From Verrucomicrobiota bacterium (GTDB taxonomy: Bacteria; Verrucomicrobiota; Verrucomicrobiia; Verrucomicrobiales; DEV007): a stretch of DNA of 60,096 nt. The position numbers and the translations under genes are program-made. Positions 1 to 11,310 of the stretch are shown one piece after another (positions within the stretch are counted from its first letter, which is position 1; each line of letters begins with the position of its first letter). The stretch is taken from positions 1-60,096 of the forward strand of contig JASFYY010000006.1 in NCBI GenBank assembly GCA_045046875.1. The letters run 5' to 3'. The notes below the pieces were generated by a model. It was not told where the DNA came from. It ran no database searches and saw nothing but the letters and a program-made list of their open reading frames with translations.

Positions 1-40
1 CCCCCCCAAGACCCGCGCAATACCATTACGCCTCACATCC
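1..40. repeat. Partial GTGG-type REP arm (same family as 30277-30387 and 34975-35270)
   Basis: ccccaagacccgcgcaataccattacgcctcac matches ccccaagacccacgcaatgccattacgtcccac at 35136-35168. Confidence 0.7.
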
Positions 41-228
41 GCCAAAACCCATCAGACGCCGGAGGATTCTTCATTATCCATTGACCATTGCTCCACCTGA
101 TAAAACAACTTCCCAAGATCTGTTGCCCGCCCCCAGCGTGTGGCAAGTGAAATCTAGACGGCCTTGCAGAAGGTTTTCCATTGACCCAGACCCCTTGAAC
201 ATTGACCATCAGGCTCATCTTATCACCC

Positions 229-1437
229 ATGAGCAATACCGAGTCTTCACAAAAAGCCAAAGCACTCATTCTGGCCTACAGCCCGATCGCCCGAGACGCA
301 CGAGTGCTGCGCCAAGCCCGCTACCTAGCCCCTCATTTTGATCTTACCCTAGCAGGCTTTGGTGAAAACCCCTTTGCCAATGATGATACAGTTGACCTGA
401 AGTGGATTGAAATCGAAACCCAAGGCACGCGGCTTCCACGCACAATCATGCGGCGGCGGATTTTTGCTTGGTTATCACGGTTCAGCGAGCGATTCGCCCA
501 TGCTTACTGTATGGAAATACCTCATATGCGCTATGCCTGGCATCTAGCCCAGACCAAAAAATACAGAATGATTTTTTGCAATGACGTAGACACACTTCCT
601 GCAGGAGTCGCCGCCATCAAATACAACAACAGCTGCAAATTGATGCTGGATTTGCATGAATACCCCACTCGGGAAATGACAGGAGGTGGAGCATGGAGGT
701 GGGAACGAAAACCCCTCGTGACCGGCATTTTAAAACGCATGGCGCGTAAAGCTCACGGCACATTCACCGTGGCCGAAAGCTTCCGTCCTTTAATGCAGAA
801 AGAATTTAAGATGAAAAAACCCATCTTAATCCGAAACGCCCCAGAGCTGGAAGCCCTTTCACGCGGTCCGGAATTGAAAGACAATAAAATACACTTGATT
901 CACCATGGAGGTGCCATGCCCGGTAGAGAACCTGAAAAATTAATTGAGGTCGTTCAGTTACTTGATGACCGTTTTATACTGCACTTCATGCTTACCGGAA
1001 ATCCAGATTACATCAGTGAACTCAAACAGAAAGCTGATCAAATCTGCCCTGGACGAATTCACTTTGAAGCTCCGGTCAAACCCAATGAAATTGTCTCGGC
1101 TATTGCTCATTACGACATGGGCTTTTACATCCTTCCTCCATCCTCATTCAATAATTTGCACGCCATGCCAAACAAATTTTTTGATTTCATCGTCGCGGGA
1201 CTCGCCGTCGCAACTGCCCCTTCCGTCAACATGGCTAAAATCACACGTGACAACAATATCGGTTGGGTAGCAAATGACTTCGAACCCACAACCATGGCAA
1301 CTATGCTGAATTCACTTTCCAGAGAGGACATCGAAAAGTGCCGTGCTAATTCATTGAAACTTAGAGAGGAAATCAATGCCAAGACCGAACTTGAAAAGCT
1401 TGTAGCCCGCTGCAAAAAAGTCACTCATACCGAGTAA
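229..1437 (+). CDS. Glycosyltransferase, GT-B/GT4-like
   Basis: N-terminal D-x-R-V-x-R motif (RDARVLRQA), C-terminal HAMPNKFFDFIVAGL signature; ATG at 229 preferred over TTG at 202. Confidence 0.8.
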   Translation: MSNTESSQKAKALILAYSPIARDARVLRQARYLAPHFDLTLAGFGENPFANDDTVDLKWIEIETQGTRLPRTIMRRRIFAWLSRFSERFAHAYCMEIPHMRYAWHLAQTKKYRMIFCNDVDTLPAGVAAIKYNNSCKLMLDLHEYPTREMTGGGAWRWERKPLVTGILKRMARKAHGTFTVAESFRPLMQKEFKMKKPILIRNAPELEALSRGPELKDNKIHLIHHGGAMPGREPEKLIEVVQLLDDRFILHFMLTGNPDYISELKQKADQICPGRIHFEAPVKPNEIVSAIAHYDMGFYILPPSSFNNLHAMPNKFFDFIVAGLAVATAPSVNMAKITRDNNIGWVANDFEPTTMATMLNSLSREDIEKCRANSLKLREEINAKTELEKLVARCKKVTHTE

Positions 1438-1458
1438 CTCCACGCTAGCTTTACAATC

Positions 1459-2517
1459 TCATGCCTCAATCCAACGGCATATTTTTTCAGCCGCTTTTCC
1501 GTCACCGTAATAATCCGGATGCAACTCCGGTCTAGACACATTACTCACAGCTTGCTGGAAATTAGCAGCTGAATTTCCGGCCAACTGGTTCCAACCTGAT
1601 TTCACCGTCTCAACCCATTCCGTCTGTTCGCGTAGTGTGATACATGGAACAAATAACCAGTATGCTTCCTTTTGAAGCCCACCAGAATCCGTCACTGCCA
1701 GACGGGCATTTTTCAATACCGTAACCAGGTCGAGATAACCAAGAGGCTCCACGATTTGAACATTTGTCCCAATGACCTCCTTCAAACCCTCTCTCTCAAT
1801 TATTTGAGCGCAACGAGGATGCATGGGGAACAAAACGTCTCCCAAATCATTGAGTGATTCCAATAAACTACGAAGCACTTTCGGATCATCTGTGTTAGAT
1901 GGTCGATGCATAGTCACCAGAGTATAAGCTTTTCTTTCCAAATTAAAATCCGCCATAGCAGTCGATTTTTCTTCTGCTAGAGGAATAACTCGCAAAAGGG
2001 AATCCAACATGATATCCCCCACCTGATGTACTCCCTCGGTAATCCCCTCTTTTTGTAAATTCCCCACCGCAACTTCCGTCGGACAAAACAATAAATCCGA
2101 CACATGATCGGTCAACACCCGGTTCACCTCTTCTGGCATGCGTTTATCAAAACTACGCAACCCAGCCTCAATATGAATAACAGGAATGTGTAACTTGGCA
2201 GCCACCAGAGCTCCAGCCAAGGTTGAATTGGTATCCCCATATACCAGCATACGCTCAGGCTTGCCTTCGGTGCAAACCTTCTCGATGCCAGCCATCATCT
2301 CACCCGTTGTTTCCCCATGAGTTCCTGATCCAACACTCAAGTTCACATCCGGCTCAGGAATGCCCAACTCAGTAAAAAACACATCTGACATTTTAGCGTC
2401 ATAGTGCTGTCCGGTATGAACCAAAATCTCCTGATGACCGCGGCTTCTCAAAGCTTCACTCATTACGGCGGCCTTGATGAACTGCGGTCGTGCTCCTACA
2501 ACTGTGAGTAGTTTCAT
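1459..2517 (-). CDS. wecB: UDP-N-acetylglucosamine 2-epimerase (non-hydrolysing), WecB/WbpI type
   Basis: [43 protein letters not shown] motifs; with wbpABDE in the locus it likely acts as a WbpI-type UDP-GlcNAc3NAcA 2-epimerase. Confidence 0.92.
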   Translation of the reverse strand: MKLLTVVGARPQFIKAAVMSEALRSRGHQEILVHTGQHYDAKMSDVFFTELGIPEPDVNLSVGSGTHGETTGEMMAGIEKVCTEGKPERMLVYGDTNSTLAGALVAAKLHIPVIHIEAGLRSFDKRMPEEVNRVLTDHVSDLLFCPTEVAVGNLQKEGITEGVHQVGDIMLDSLLRVIPLAEEKSTAMADFNLERKAYTLVTMHRPSNTDDPKVLRSLLESLNDLGDVLFPMHPRCAQIIEREGLKEVIGTNVQIVEPLGYLDLVTVLKNARLAVTDSGGLQKEAYWLFVPCITLREQTEWVETVKSGWNQLAGNSAANFQQAVSNVSRPELHPDYYGDGKAAEKICRWIEA

Positions 2518-2816
2518 TTTGTATCTTAATTGATGAACTAATACCAATCCTTTATCTTACCAAGCAAAGTTAAGCCCCGCCCCATAAGTTTATTACCGGA
2601 AAGACCTACTTCCTACGCCGAAATACCCATCCTGGCAAGCATCTTAGCCGCCCCCTTGAAATCCTCACTGTAATCGAGCTGTATCAAACAGCTTTGGCTT
2701 GACTAGAGCCTTACTCCTATTAATTTGAATGTCTTTTGAGGAATTGAAAACTCGCCATCTTAAGAACCGCCCGAAGGCACTAAATTAACTACGTATCTCT
2801 TTTTTTAATTTCATTT

Positions 2817-4577
2817 ATGTGTGGAATCGCTGGATACTTCAGGCTTGAAGACAAACAAGCGCCGCGACAAGATGCTCGATCTGCTATTGATGCGATGAAC
2901 ATCGCTCAAAAAACCCGTGGGCCGGATCATGCAGACATTTGGGAAAGTCAGAAAGACCCTAGCTCCGGCAACAGTCGCTGCGTGCTTGGCCACACTCGTC
3001 TGTCCATTCTGGATTTGAATGAACGTTCAAACCAGCCCATGGTTCGCAAAAGATGGGCCCTTGCCTTTAATGGGGAAATTTACAATTTCCGAGCAGTCAA
3101 AATAGAGCTGGAAAGCGAAGGAATTAGCTTTGAAACCACTGGCGACACCGAAGTATTATTACAAGCTCTGGAGACCTGGGGAGTAGACAAGACCGTTGAA
3201 AAAATCGCTGGTATGTTTGCCTTTGCTGCTTACGATCAGGAAACCCACACCCTGCATCTGGTTCGTGATCGCATGGGCATCAAACCGCTGTATTATTGTG
3301 TAAGAGACGGCGCAGTTTACTTCGCTTCTTCACCGGCAGCTATCGTAAAAGGAATAGGAACTGACGCTGACTGGAAGCTGAACTGGGATGCATTATATAG
3401 CTATTTCCTGCTCGGAGCCACCAGTGGCTCCGACTCCCTTTTTGAAGGCGTCAAAAAAGTCGATGCAGCAGAAGCTATCAGCTTTCGAAATGACGCATGC
3501 TTGGAACGCAAACGCTATTGGACACCACAACCTCGCCAGGGGGATCTTGCTCAAATTCTAAAAACCGTAGTCGATGAACATCGTGAAGCAGATGTGCCAA
3601 CTGCCCTCTTTCTCAGTGGCGGCGTCGACTCTTCTGTTCTTGCTGCTCTGATGGGAAACGTCGATTGTTTCCACCTGCGCTCGGAAGAAACAGACATGGC
3701 TCGTTACGTAGCCGAAAAAATGGGCTCAGAGCTAACCGTATGTGATCCGCTCAAAGACGTCGACTACGAAGAAATTCTCGAGGATTATGCAAGAACCTCA
3801 GGCGCCCCCAGTGCCAGCTCTCCCATACCCTACCTTGTCTCCAAAAGCATCAGAGCAGCTGGCTACCCGGTCGCTTTCAGCGCCAACGGTGGAGACGAAC
3901 TTTTTCATGGCTACTCTCGCACCCCCTCCCCTGAATTGAACCAGAGCTTCATGCCCTCAAATGGTTACGAAACCCCATCCGTTGATTGCCTCGTCAAACA
4001 AATACGTAGCATTTTCAGAAGTCCCGAAAATTTCTCCCTCCCTGGATCCCCACAAAGCTCGCAGAGTTTCATAGACTTGTTTGAATCCATGGAAAACCGT
4101 TATCACTTGCCCGACTTCCCCAAATCTGCGAGCCACCGTTGGTTGGAACTACAAACCTACGTTTTGCAAGACCTCAATCCGACCCTTGATTATGCCAGTA
4201 TGGCGCATAGCGTTGAAGTTAGAGTCCCCTTCCTCGATCATCGCATCGTCGAAGCCGCTCTCACTGCAGATGCCAACCAACACATCACCGTTGATTACGG
4301 GCGCAAAAGCCCATTGAAAGAACTGCTCGACCAGCATGGATTTCATCCCATCATCTGGGCACGGCAGAAAATGGGATTCAGTCTTGCTCCCGATGCGATC
4401 GCCAAGCTCCAAGAGCGAAGACTACAATCTCTTGGAGAACTTAAAAGAGACGGCTTCCTTGCTGTGGATGCCCGCACCGGGGAAACCTGGCGAGATTTGA
4501 CATACCTGGGATCTGCCGCACAGGCTTTTTTGGCTTGGAAGCGTGTCTGGATCGATACCGGAATCGTAGCACCATGA
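2817..4577 (+). CDS. asnB: Asparagine synthase-like glutamine amidotransferase (sugar amidation)
   Basis: MCGIAG N-terminus, RGPD, HTRLSILDL, FNGEIYNF, LSGGVDSS, EVRVPFLD. Confidence 0.9.
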   Translation: MCGIAGYFRLEDKQAPRQDARSAIDAMNIAQKTRGPDHADIWESQKDPSSGNSRCVLGHTRLSILDLNERSNQPMVRKRWALAFNGEIYNFRAVKIELESEGISFETTGDTEVLLQALETWGVDKTVEKIAGMFAFAAYDQETHTLHLVRDRMGIKPLYYCVRDGAVYFASSPAAIVKGIGTDADWKLNWDALYSYFLLGATSGSDSLFEGVKKVDAAEAISFRNDACLERKRYWTPQPRQGDLAQILKTVVDEHREADVPTALFLSGGVDSSVLAALMGNVDCFHLRSEETDMARYVAEKMGSELTVCDPLKDVDYEEILEDYARTSGAPSASSPIPYLVSKSIRAAGYPVAFSANGGDELFHGYSRTPSPELNQSFMPSNGYETPSVDCLVKQIRSIFRSPENFSLPGSPQSSQSFIDLFESMENRYHLPDFPKSASHRWLELQTYVLQDLNPTLDYASMAHSVEVRVPFLDHRIVEAALTADANQHITVDYGRKSPLKELLDQHGFHPIIWARQKMGFSLAPDAIAKLQERRLQSLGELKRDGFLAVDARTGETWRDLTYLGSAAQAFLAWKRVWIDTGIVAP

Positions 4578-6610
4578 ATGCAAACACCACACCAGCTTCC
4601 AGACCACTCCTGATAGGCGGCTCGTCTGCCTATGGGTGCCGTTTACTTGGCGATTATATCAATCGCCTTCCCGACTACGACTGCGGACCTGTCACCAATG
4701 TTTTTTGCCACCCGAAGATATGGAATGGCTCAGGTAAAGACTGGTCCGATTTTTGCATACAGTCATTACAAAAACCTCTTTCCAAAGCCGAGGGCTTCTT
4801 GCCTTGGTGTAAAATTCGCACCCGCAACTTCCACCCATATTACTTAAGAGGAACGGAAGTTTATGATCTTTTAGAATCATCCAATGATGGAGCAGATTTT
4901 GCCGCTAATTTTTTCCGCAGTCGTCTGATCACATCCTCCGCAAACTCATGGGCCGACGCCACTCCAGAAAACTGCTATGCTGCGGAGGAGTTCCTCAACG
5001 CAATGCCCGAAGGGGAAGTTATTTTACTTATAGAGCATGCCTTCCCCGCCATGAGCAGACTGATAAAAGAAGGCTTCAGCCCTAAAGTGGCTGCTAAAAC
5101 ATGGGTGACGGAATCGGCATTGGCAGCAGGACTATTAAAACGTCATCAAGTATCAGGGCGTGTACACTTAATTCGTTTGGAGGATCTACTTTCCAACCCT
5201 ATTGCAACTGTAGAGACGATCAACCGCCTGCTATTGAGCAACGCCACACAAAATCCAGAGACGAGGGCAATTCTAGGCGATTCCCGACTCGAAACGATGC
5301 ACGAATCAGAACGTGAGGAGTTATTGCTAGAGCGTGAGCGTCAGCAAGCAGATCTTGCTCCCCATCATAAAGACTATTTGTTAGGCACCGCAGCCAAACC
5401 CCTTGCTCTAAAACAATTTGGAAACAAAGATGCCCCCCTCTCGGGTGCGGAACTACTCTGTTTATTTGGCTATGAAGACTCTCCGCCGACTTGGGAGCCG
5501 GTTAAACTTGCTAAATTAGAGCAATCACTCGGGTCCCCAAAGGCAAGCTTCATCAATCCCCTTGCGGATTTCACAAAAGCTCCAAAGAAAACGCACTCTC
5601 CTGATAAAAGCCAAACAAAAAAACGACGCTCCCGATTTCAATTTTGGAAAGCAGACACACAAACAAAAATACCAGAAAAACCCCTCCCCCCCCCTTTTCC
5701 CTCACAGCTTTTCCCTAATCAGAAATCTGTGTTTCAAAAACACAGCGAACCACCCGAACTCGAAGCCGATCTCGATCCCGAGCTTTCGTCAGAAACACTT
5801 GATCTAGCCGTAGTGATCGCTTTTCTTGGGCGCCATGAGATCATTGCGCTCGTCGTAAGAGAACTGGTGCAGCTGCGTGACCTCGGCTTTAATCTAGCCG
5901 TATTCTTAACTTGCAGTGATGCCCGGGATTTTCTTTTTGCCAAAAAATTGCGTGAAGAATTGGGAGGAATTGGAGTCAGATTCATCGCCAACCGCCCTCT
6001 TGGTCGAAAATGGCAAACAGGAGTGGACTTTGCCCGTCAATCGAACCCGAAGAATCTCCTTATAACCGGGTCGGATGACCTCGTCTCTAGAAGTTATCTC
6101 ACTCACGCTATTTCCTTACTTTCAGAAGAGGGCCCCTCCGGAGGTTTCGAGTTTGCCGCACCCGAAAGCTGGTTCCTCTACGACGTCGACACCGAGAGTG
6201 AATTAGCTGGAAGCTTATGGGAATTGGCCTACCAACCCTCGGTTTCAATTCCCTTGGGCGCCGGACGCGTATATGCCTCGCGCTTGCTGGATCGTTTTGA
6301 TTGGAAGCTGTTCCACGAAACTCACAACAGGAGACTCGACGAATGCGGCCACCGCCAATTACTCGACAGCAAAGCCCGCTCAGTTCTCATACCTGCAAAA
6401 AAGGGAACGGTGCTCAGTGTAAAAGGAGGATGGCAAGCAATGAATTCAACTGACTCGATATTGTCCAGTTTGACAACCCAATGTCGCAGTTGTGATTTTG
6501 AGAAAGAACAGTTTTTTGAGGATCATTTCGAATTAAATTCCGCTAATATTCTTGATGCAGTCAAGTGTTCACGGTCGCAAACAAAGCTCCGCAGACCCGC
6601 TTCAATGTGA
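4574..6610 (+). CDS. Fusion of a degenerate sulfotransferase-like domain and a C-terminal GT-A-like domain
   Basis: ATGA overlap with asnB stop; N-terminal [29 protein letters not shown] spaced like sulfotransferase motifs; Pro/Lys-rich linker; C-terminal ITGSDDLVS and PLGAGR. Confidence 0.55.
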   Translation: MNANTTPASRPLLIGGSSAYGCRLLGDYINRLPDYDCGPVTNVFCHPKIWNGSGKDWSDFCIQSLQKPLSKAEGFLPWCKIRTRNFHPYYLRGTEVYDLLESSNDGADFAANFFRSRLITSSANSWADATPENCYAAEEFLNAMPEGEVILLIEHAFPAMSRLIKEGFSPKVAAKTWVTESALAAGLLKRHQVSGRVHLIRLEDLLSNPIATVETINRLLLSNATQNPETRAILGDSRLETMHESEREELLLERERQQADLAPHHKDYLLGTAAKPLALKQFGNKDAPLSGAELLCLFGYEDSPPTWEPVKLAKLEQSLGSPKASFINPLADFTKAPKKTHSPDKSQTKKRRSRFQFWKADTQTKIPEKPLPPPFPSQLFPNQKSVFQKHSEPPELEADLDPELSSETLDLAVVIAFLGRHEIIALVVRELVQLRDLGFNLAVFLTCSDARDFLFAKKLREELGGIGVRFIANRPLGRKWQTGVDFARQSNPKNLLITGSDDLVSRSYLTHAISLLSEEGPSGGFEFAAPESWFLYDVDTESELAGSLWELAYQPSVSIPLGAGRVYASRLLDRFDWKLFHETHNRRLDECGHRQLLDSKARSVLIPAKKGTVLSVKGGWQAMNSTDSILSSLTTQCRSCDFEKEQFFEDHFELNSANILDAVKCSRSQTKLRRPASM

Positions 6611-6689
6611 ATGCTCAGTATATGCAACCACACTAGAATCTAAACCAATCTTACTTAAATATCGTCAAGAATACAAAGCGATCCAATCG

Positions 6690-7475
6690 ATGAAAGCCGT
6701 CATACTAGCAGGAGGTTTAGGCACACGCCTCTCGGAAGAAACCCACCTCAAACCCAAGCCAATGGTGGATATCGGTGGTGGCCCCATTCTTTGGCACATC
6801 CTTAAGACCTACAGCGCACACGGCATCAACGATTTTGTGATCTGCGCTGGTTACAAAGGTTATGTGATTAAAGAATACTTTGCCAACTACTTCCTACACA
6901 GATCCGACGTCACTTTTGACATGCAAAACAACAGCATGCAAGTACATCGCAAAAAAGCCGAGCCTTGGAAAGTGACCATTGTCGATACTGGCGAGGCCAC
7001 CATGACAGGCGGACGGTTAGCACGTGTTGCAGACTACCTTGATGATGAGAGCTTTTGTTTTACTTACGGAGATGGAGTCGCCGACATCGATATCAGTCGA
7101 TTGATAGAATTTCATCAGCAACAAGGACGTGAAGCCACCCTGACCGCAGTGCAACCGCCTGGCCGCTACGGCGCGATAGCGTTTGGATCTACCAACGATG
7201 TGCTACAGTTTCAAGAGAAACCGGAAGGAGACGGAGCTTGGATCAACGGCGGTTATTTTGTCTTAGAACCTTCTGTTCTTGATCGTATTCAGGACGGCGA
7301 TCAAACCAGCTGGGAAAGAGCTCCTCTGGAAGCTCTCGCCCGCGACGGTCAACTAAGCGCCTACAAGCACCGCGGCTTCTGGCGTCCGATGGATACCTTG
7401 CGTGACCGAATAGAACTTGAAGAAATGTGGGACACAGGGCAAGCTCCTTGGAAGGTGTGGAGCGACCAGCTTTAA
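6690..7475 (+). CDS. rfbF: Glucose-1-phosphate cytidylyltransferase
   Basis: [55 protein letters not shown]. Confidence 0.95.
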   Translation: MKAVILAGGLGTRLSEETHLKPKPMVDIGGGPILWHILKTYSAHGINDFVICAGYKGYVIKEYFANYFLHRSDVTFDMQNNSMQVHRKKAEPWKVTIVDTGEATMTGGRLARVADYLDDESFCFTYGDGVADIDISRLIEFHQQQGREATLTAVQPPGRYGAIAFGSTNDVLQFQEKPEGDGAWINGGYFVLEPSVLDRIQDGDQTSWERAPLEALARDGQLSAYKHRGFWRPMDTLRDRIELEEMWDTGQAPWKVWSDQL

Positions 7476-7487
7476 TTAATCTGAAAC

Positions 7488-8600
7488 ATGGATTTCAACG
7501 ACATCCAAAAGACCTATCAAGGAAAACGTATTCTTATCACAGGCCACACAGGATTCAAAGGATCTTGGTTGACCCTATGGTTATCGCGACTCGGTGCTGA
7601 AATAGGCGGCTTTGCCTTAGACCCCGCACCCGAAGCTCAAAAGCTCTTCTGTCTGGTTCAGCCGGATTTAGAGCTTGATCGACGAGCAGATATTCGTGAT
7701 CCCAAAGCCATTGCTGAAACGGTGAAAGCTTTCAAACCCGACTTTGCCTTTCACCTAGCTGCCCAGCCTCTGGTGATCGAGTCCTATCGAGACCCATTGG
7801 CAACCATCTCTACCAACGTCTTAGGCACAGCTAACCTACTCGAAGCTGTACGACGAGAAGCTCCCACAGCCCACACCATCGTCGTCACCACCGACAAGTG
7901 TTATAAAAACTTGGAATCCTCCCATGCCTATTCTGAAAATGACGCCTTGGGCGGACATGATCTCTACGCAGCCAGTAAAGCCGCCACCGAAATCATCACC
8001 GCAGCTTTTAATCAATCCTTTTTTGAAACGATTGATGTTCCTGGTCGCTTAGCTACAGCTAGAGGGGGCAACGTCATCGGTGGCGGAGATTATGCGGATA
8101 ATCGTATTATTCCCGATCTAGTCAAAGCACTAGCGACAGGACAACCTATCCCTATACGTAATCCCCACGCAACCCGTCCCTGGCAACACGTGCTTGATTG
8201 CCTCTCCGGCTACCTCGCTCTTGGTAGCTGGCTTTCTTCTGATGCCGCAGCAGGGTCGACCCAGCCACGGGCATTTAATATCGGCCCCTCCACTGATTGC
8301 GAGCGCACGGTTCGCGATCTGGTCGAGCAATCCCTCAAAGTTTGGCCAGGCTCATGGAAAGATGAATCCGAGAGCGATGCCCCTCACGAAGCTTCTCGAC
8401 TAAAAATCGCTATCAAACTTGCCGACTCCGTGCTCAATTGGCGACCTGTTTGGAGCTTTTCCGAAACCGTCAACAAAACCTTGTTATGGTATCAAGCCGA
8501 TTATTCCAACTCTAGTAATGAGCAATTAAAAAAACTCATGCTCGAACAAATCGAAACCTTTCAGGCAGACAGCAGCACTTTACTGAAATCATCACAATGA
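7488..8600 (+). CDS. rfbG: CDP-glucose 4,6-dehydratase
   Basis: ITGHTGFKGSWL, HLAAQPLV, TTDKCY, GNVIGGGD, RPWQHVLD. Confidence 0.93.
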   Translation: MDFNDIQKTYQGKRILITGHTGFKGSWLTLWLSRLGAEIGGFALDPAPEAQKLFCLVQPDLELDRRADIRDPKAIAETVKAFKPDFAFHLAAQPLVIESYRDPLATISTNVLGTANLLEAVRREAPTAHTIVVTTDKCYKNLESSHAYSENDALGGHDLYAASKAATEIITAAFNQSFFETIDVPGRLATARGGNVIGGGDYADNRIIPDLVKALATGQPIPIRNPHATRPWQHVLDCLSGYLALGSWLSSDAAAGSTQPRAFNIGPSTDCERTVRDLVEQSLKVWPGSWKDESESDAPHEASRLKIAIKLADSVLNWRPVWSFSETVNKTLLWYQADYSNSSNEQLKKLMLEQIETFQADSSTLLKSSQ

Positions 8601-9850
8601 CCGAGCAAACACCTCTGGCAAAACCGGTCACCCTCTGCCTTTCCTGTGGAAGTGATGCACTGGCGCACGTACTCGACCTAGGGATACAACCCCTGGCAAA
8701 TAATTTACTTTCAGAAGCTGATTTACATAAAAAAGAACCCAAATTCCCTCTTGGCCTGCAAGTCTGCACTCACTGTTGGCTGATGCAGCTATCCCACCTG
8801 GTTCCTCCTACCGATCTGTTTTCAGATTATTTGTATTTCTCTTCGTTTTCCGACGCCATGCTTGAACATGCACGTCTGGCAACTGAACAGTTCCGCGAGC
8901 AGCTCCAGCTCAACGAAAAAAGCTTAGTGGTTGAAATTGCCAGCAATGACGGGTATTTGCTCAAAAATTTCGTCACTGCTGGTATTCCCTGTCTCGGCAT
9001 CGAACCTGCTGCTAATATCGCAAAAGTTGCCCGACAAGCGGGTGTAGAAACCATCGAACGCTTTTTCGGCGAGGAATGCGCTGACGAAGTGTCCTGCAAC
9101 CATGGCAAAGCCGACCTTATCCTTGGCAATAATGTTTTTGCCCACGTCCCAGACACCAATGATTTTGTTGCTGGGTTAGAGAAGTTGCTCAAACCCGAGG
9201 GACGCATTATTCTTGAATTTCCTTATGCTATAGATTTCATCGACCACAGCGAATTCGATACCATTTATCACGAACACGTATTTTACTTCAGCCTGACTGC
9301 ACTTACCCCCCTATTCGAACGACATGGTTTGACTATTGTGAAAATCGAAAGACTGCCACTTCATGGTGGCTCTCTACGTCTATTTGCGGCTAAACAAACA
9401 AGTAACCCGCCTGTTGACGCTTCGGTTGAATCACTTTTACAGATGGAAAAAAAATGCGGCATCAAGAGCATAGCCTATTATCATTCTTTTGCTAAAAAAG
9501 CCCATGAAGTTAAAAGCCATTTGATCAAATTGCTCTCAAAACTTCATGCAAAAGGAAAAACAATAGCTGCTTACGGAGCGTCTGCCAAAGGCAGTACCTT
9601 GCTGAATTTCTGTGATATAGATCCCAAGCAAATCGACTACATCGTAGATCGCAGCACCTACAAACAAGGCTCATTCAGCCCAGGTCTGCATCTTCCGATT
9701 CATTCAACGGAAAGGTTAGCTGCATCACAACCAGATTACACCCTGCTACTCACTTGGAATTTTTCTGATGAAATTATTTCGCAACAAAAAAGTTATCTCG
9801 ATGCTGGGGGGCACTTCATCCGGCCTATTCCAAATCCCGAAATTCTGTGA
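8597..9850 (+). CDS. NDP-sugar C-methyltransferase (Zn-binding, SAM-dependent)
   Basis: CxxC...CxxC zinc site, EIASNDGYLL, IYHEH, YGASAKGSTLLN. Confidence 0.88.
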   Translation: MTEQTPLAKPVTLCLSCGSDALAHVLDLGIQPLANNLLSEADLHKKEPKFPLGLQVCTHCWLMQLSHLVPPTDLFSDYLYFSSFSDAMLEHARLATEQFREQLQLNEKSLVVEIASNDGYLLKNFVTAGIPCLGIEPAANIAKVARQAGVETIERFFGEECADEVSCNHGKADLILGNNVFAHVPDTNDFVAGLEKLLKPEGRIILEFPYAIDFIDHSEFDTIYHEHVFYFSLTALTPLFERHGLTIVKIERLPLHGGSLRLFAAKQTSNPPVDASVESLLQMEKKCGIKSIAYYHSFAKKAHEVKSHLIKLLSKLHAKGKTIAAYGASAKGSTLLNFCDIDPKQIDYIVDRSTYKQGSFSPGLHLPIHSTERLAASQPDYTLLLTWNFSDEIISQQKSYLDAGGHFIRPIPNPEIL

Positions 9851-9856
9851 ACGATC

Positions 9857-10393
9857 ATGAAATTCATTGCTGGTAAATTAGACGGTGTAGTCCTTATAGA
9901 ACTTGAGCCAATTACCGACTCACGCGGTTCCTTTACGAGAACCTACTGCCAACATGAATTTCAGAATGCGGGTTTGCCTAGTAATTGGGTGCAATGCAAC
10001 CATACCATTACCAAAAAAAAAGGAGCTATTCGCGGGATGCATTGGCAAGCTGAACCCAAAGGTGAAGACAAAATTGTCCGTTGTATTAAAGGGGCAGTGT
10101 TTGATGTTGTTGTTGATGTTCGAAAAGAATCGAAAACTTTTGGACAATGGGAGGCTTTTGAACTTTCAGAAGACACGCCTAGTCAGCTATTCATCCCCAA
10201 AGGTTTTGCGCATGGCTTTCAGTGTCTGAGCGAAAACTGCCACCTTTATTATCAAATGTCGGAATTTTACGATCCCGATTTAGCACGAGGAATTCGCTGG
10301 GACGATCCTGTTGTGGATATTGAATGGCCGCTTGAATGCACTTGCTCATCCAAACGAGATGAAAATCTCCCATTCCTCGATACCCTATCATGA
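9857..10393 (+). CDS. rfbC: NDP-4-keto-6-deoxyhexose 3,5-epimerase (RmlC cupin)
   Basis: DSRGSF, IRGMHWQ, FDVVVDVR, FAHGFQ, GIRWDDP. Confidence 0.92.
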   Translation: MKFIAGKLDGVVLIELEPITDSRGSFTRTYCQHEFQNAGLPSNWVQCNHTITKKKGAIRGMHWQAEPKGEDKIVRCIKGAVFDVVVDVRKESKTFGQWEAFELSEDTPSQLFIPKGFAHGFQCLSENCHLYYQMSEFYDPDLARGIRWDDPVVDIEWPLECTCSSKRDENLPFLDTLS

Positions 10394-11310
10394 GAATACT
10401 GGTGACAGGAGCAACTGGATTTATTGGTTCACAGACTGTAAAATCTCTAATTCAATGGGGGCATCAAGTGGCTGCTCTATCAAGAAATCCTGCTCCACAG
10501 TCTCTCGACGAAGCGGGTCAAATCACCCATTTGCAAGGCAGCCTCGCTCAGGCGCCTTGGGATGCTATTAAAAGTTTTGCTCCTGATACTTGCCTCCACT
10601 CAGCATGGATTACTACACCTGGGATTTACCTGGATTCTGAAGAGAATGACATTCTCGTTTCCGATAGTCTTAATTTTCTAAAGCAGATGGAACAATTAGG
10701 GGTCAACCGCTTTGTCGCCCTCGGAACCTGTATCGAATACGACTTATCAGGCGGTAATCCGCTCCAAGAAAAGCGCACTAAAATTGATCCCTCCCATCGT
10801 TATTCCAAGGCCAAGGCACAATTACACGAACAACTCCGACAAACATTATCGCCAGATAGCACCCTCACTTGGGCCAGAATATTTTATCCTTATGGAAGCG
10901 GCGAAGCTCCAGAACGCTTGAGCTCCCTACTGATCAAAAAAGCCTGTGCAGGGGAAGCCATGGAATTGAAACAACCCGAGAACACTCTGGATTATATACA
11001 CATCTCTGATATTGCCTCGGCTCTTACTACCGTCCTTGAAGCCTCCCCGGGCGGCAGCATCAATATAGGTACGGGTACGGGAATTTCTGTGTTAACACTG
11101 GCGGAGGAAATTTGCGATCTGATGGATTGTTCAAAACTGATTTATTTCCCCAAAACTGATTTTTTAAATGACCCTGTATCAATTATCGCCGACAGCTCTA
11201 CACTTCGGTCTCTCGGATGGAAGCCGGAAACATCACTTAAGAAGGGGCTAGAGGATCTGATCACCAAGTTATGCCCTGAACTTTTAAACGCTAAAACACC
11301 AACGTCGTGA
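10390..11310 (+). CDS. NAD-dependent epimerase/dehydratase (probable 4-ketoreductase)
   Basis: VTGATGFIG, GTCIEY, YSKAK, ARIFYPYG. Confidence 0.85.
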   Translation: MRILVTGATGFIGSQTVKSLIQWGHQVAALSRNPAPQSLDEAGQITHLQGSLAQAPWDAIKSFAPDTCLHSAWITTPGIYLDSEENDILVSDSLNFLKQMEQLGVNRFVALGTCIEYDLSGGNPLQEKRTKIDPSHRYSKAKAQLHEQLRQTLSPDSTLTWARIFYPYGSGEAPERLSSLLIKKACAGEAMELKQPENTLDYIHISDIASALTTVLEASPGGSINIGTGTGISVLTLAEEICDLMDCSKLIYFPKTDFLNDPVSIIADSSTLRSLGWKPETSLKKGLEDLITKLCPELLNAKTPTS

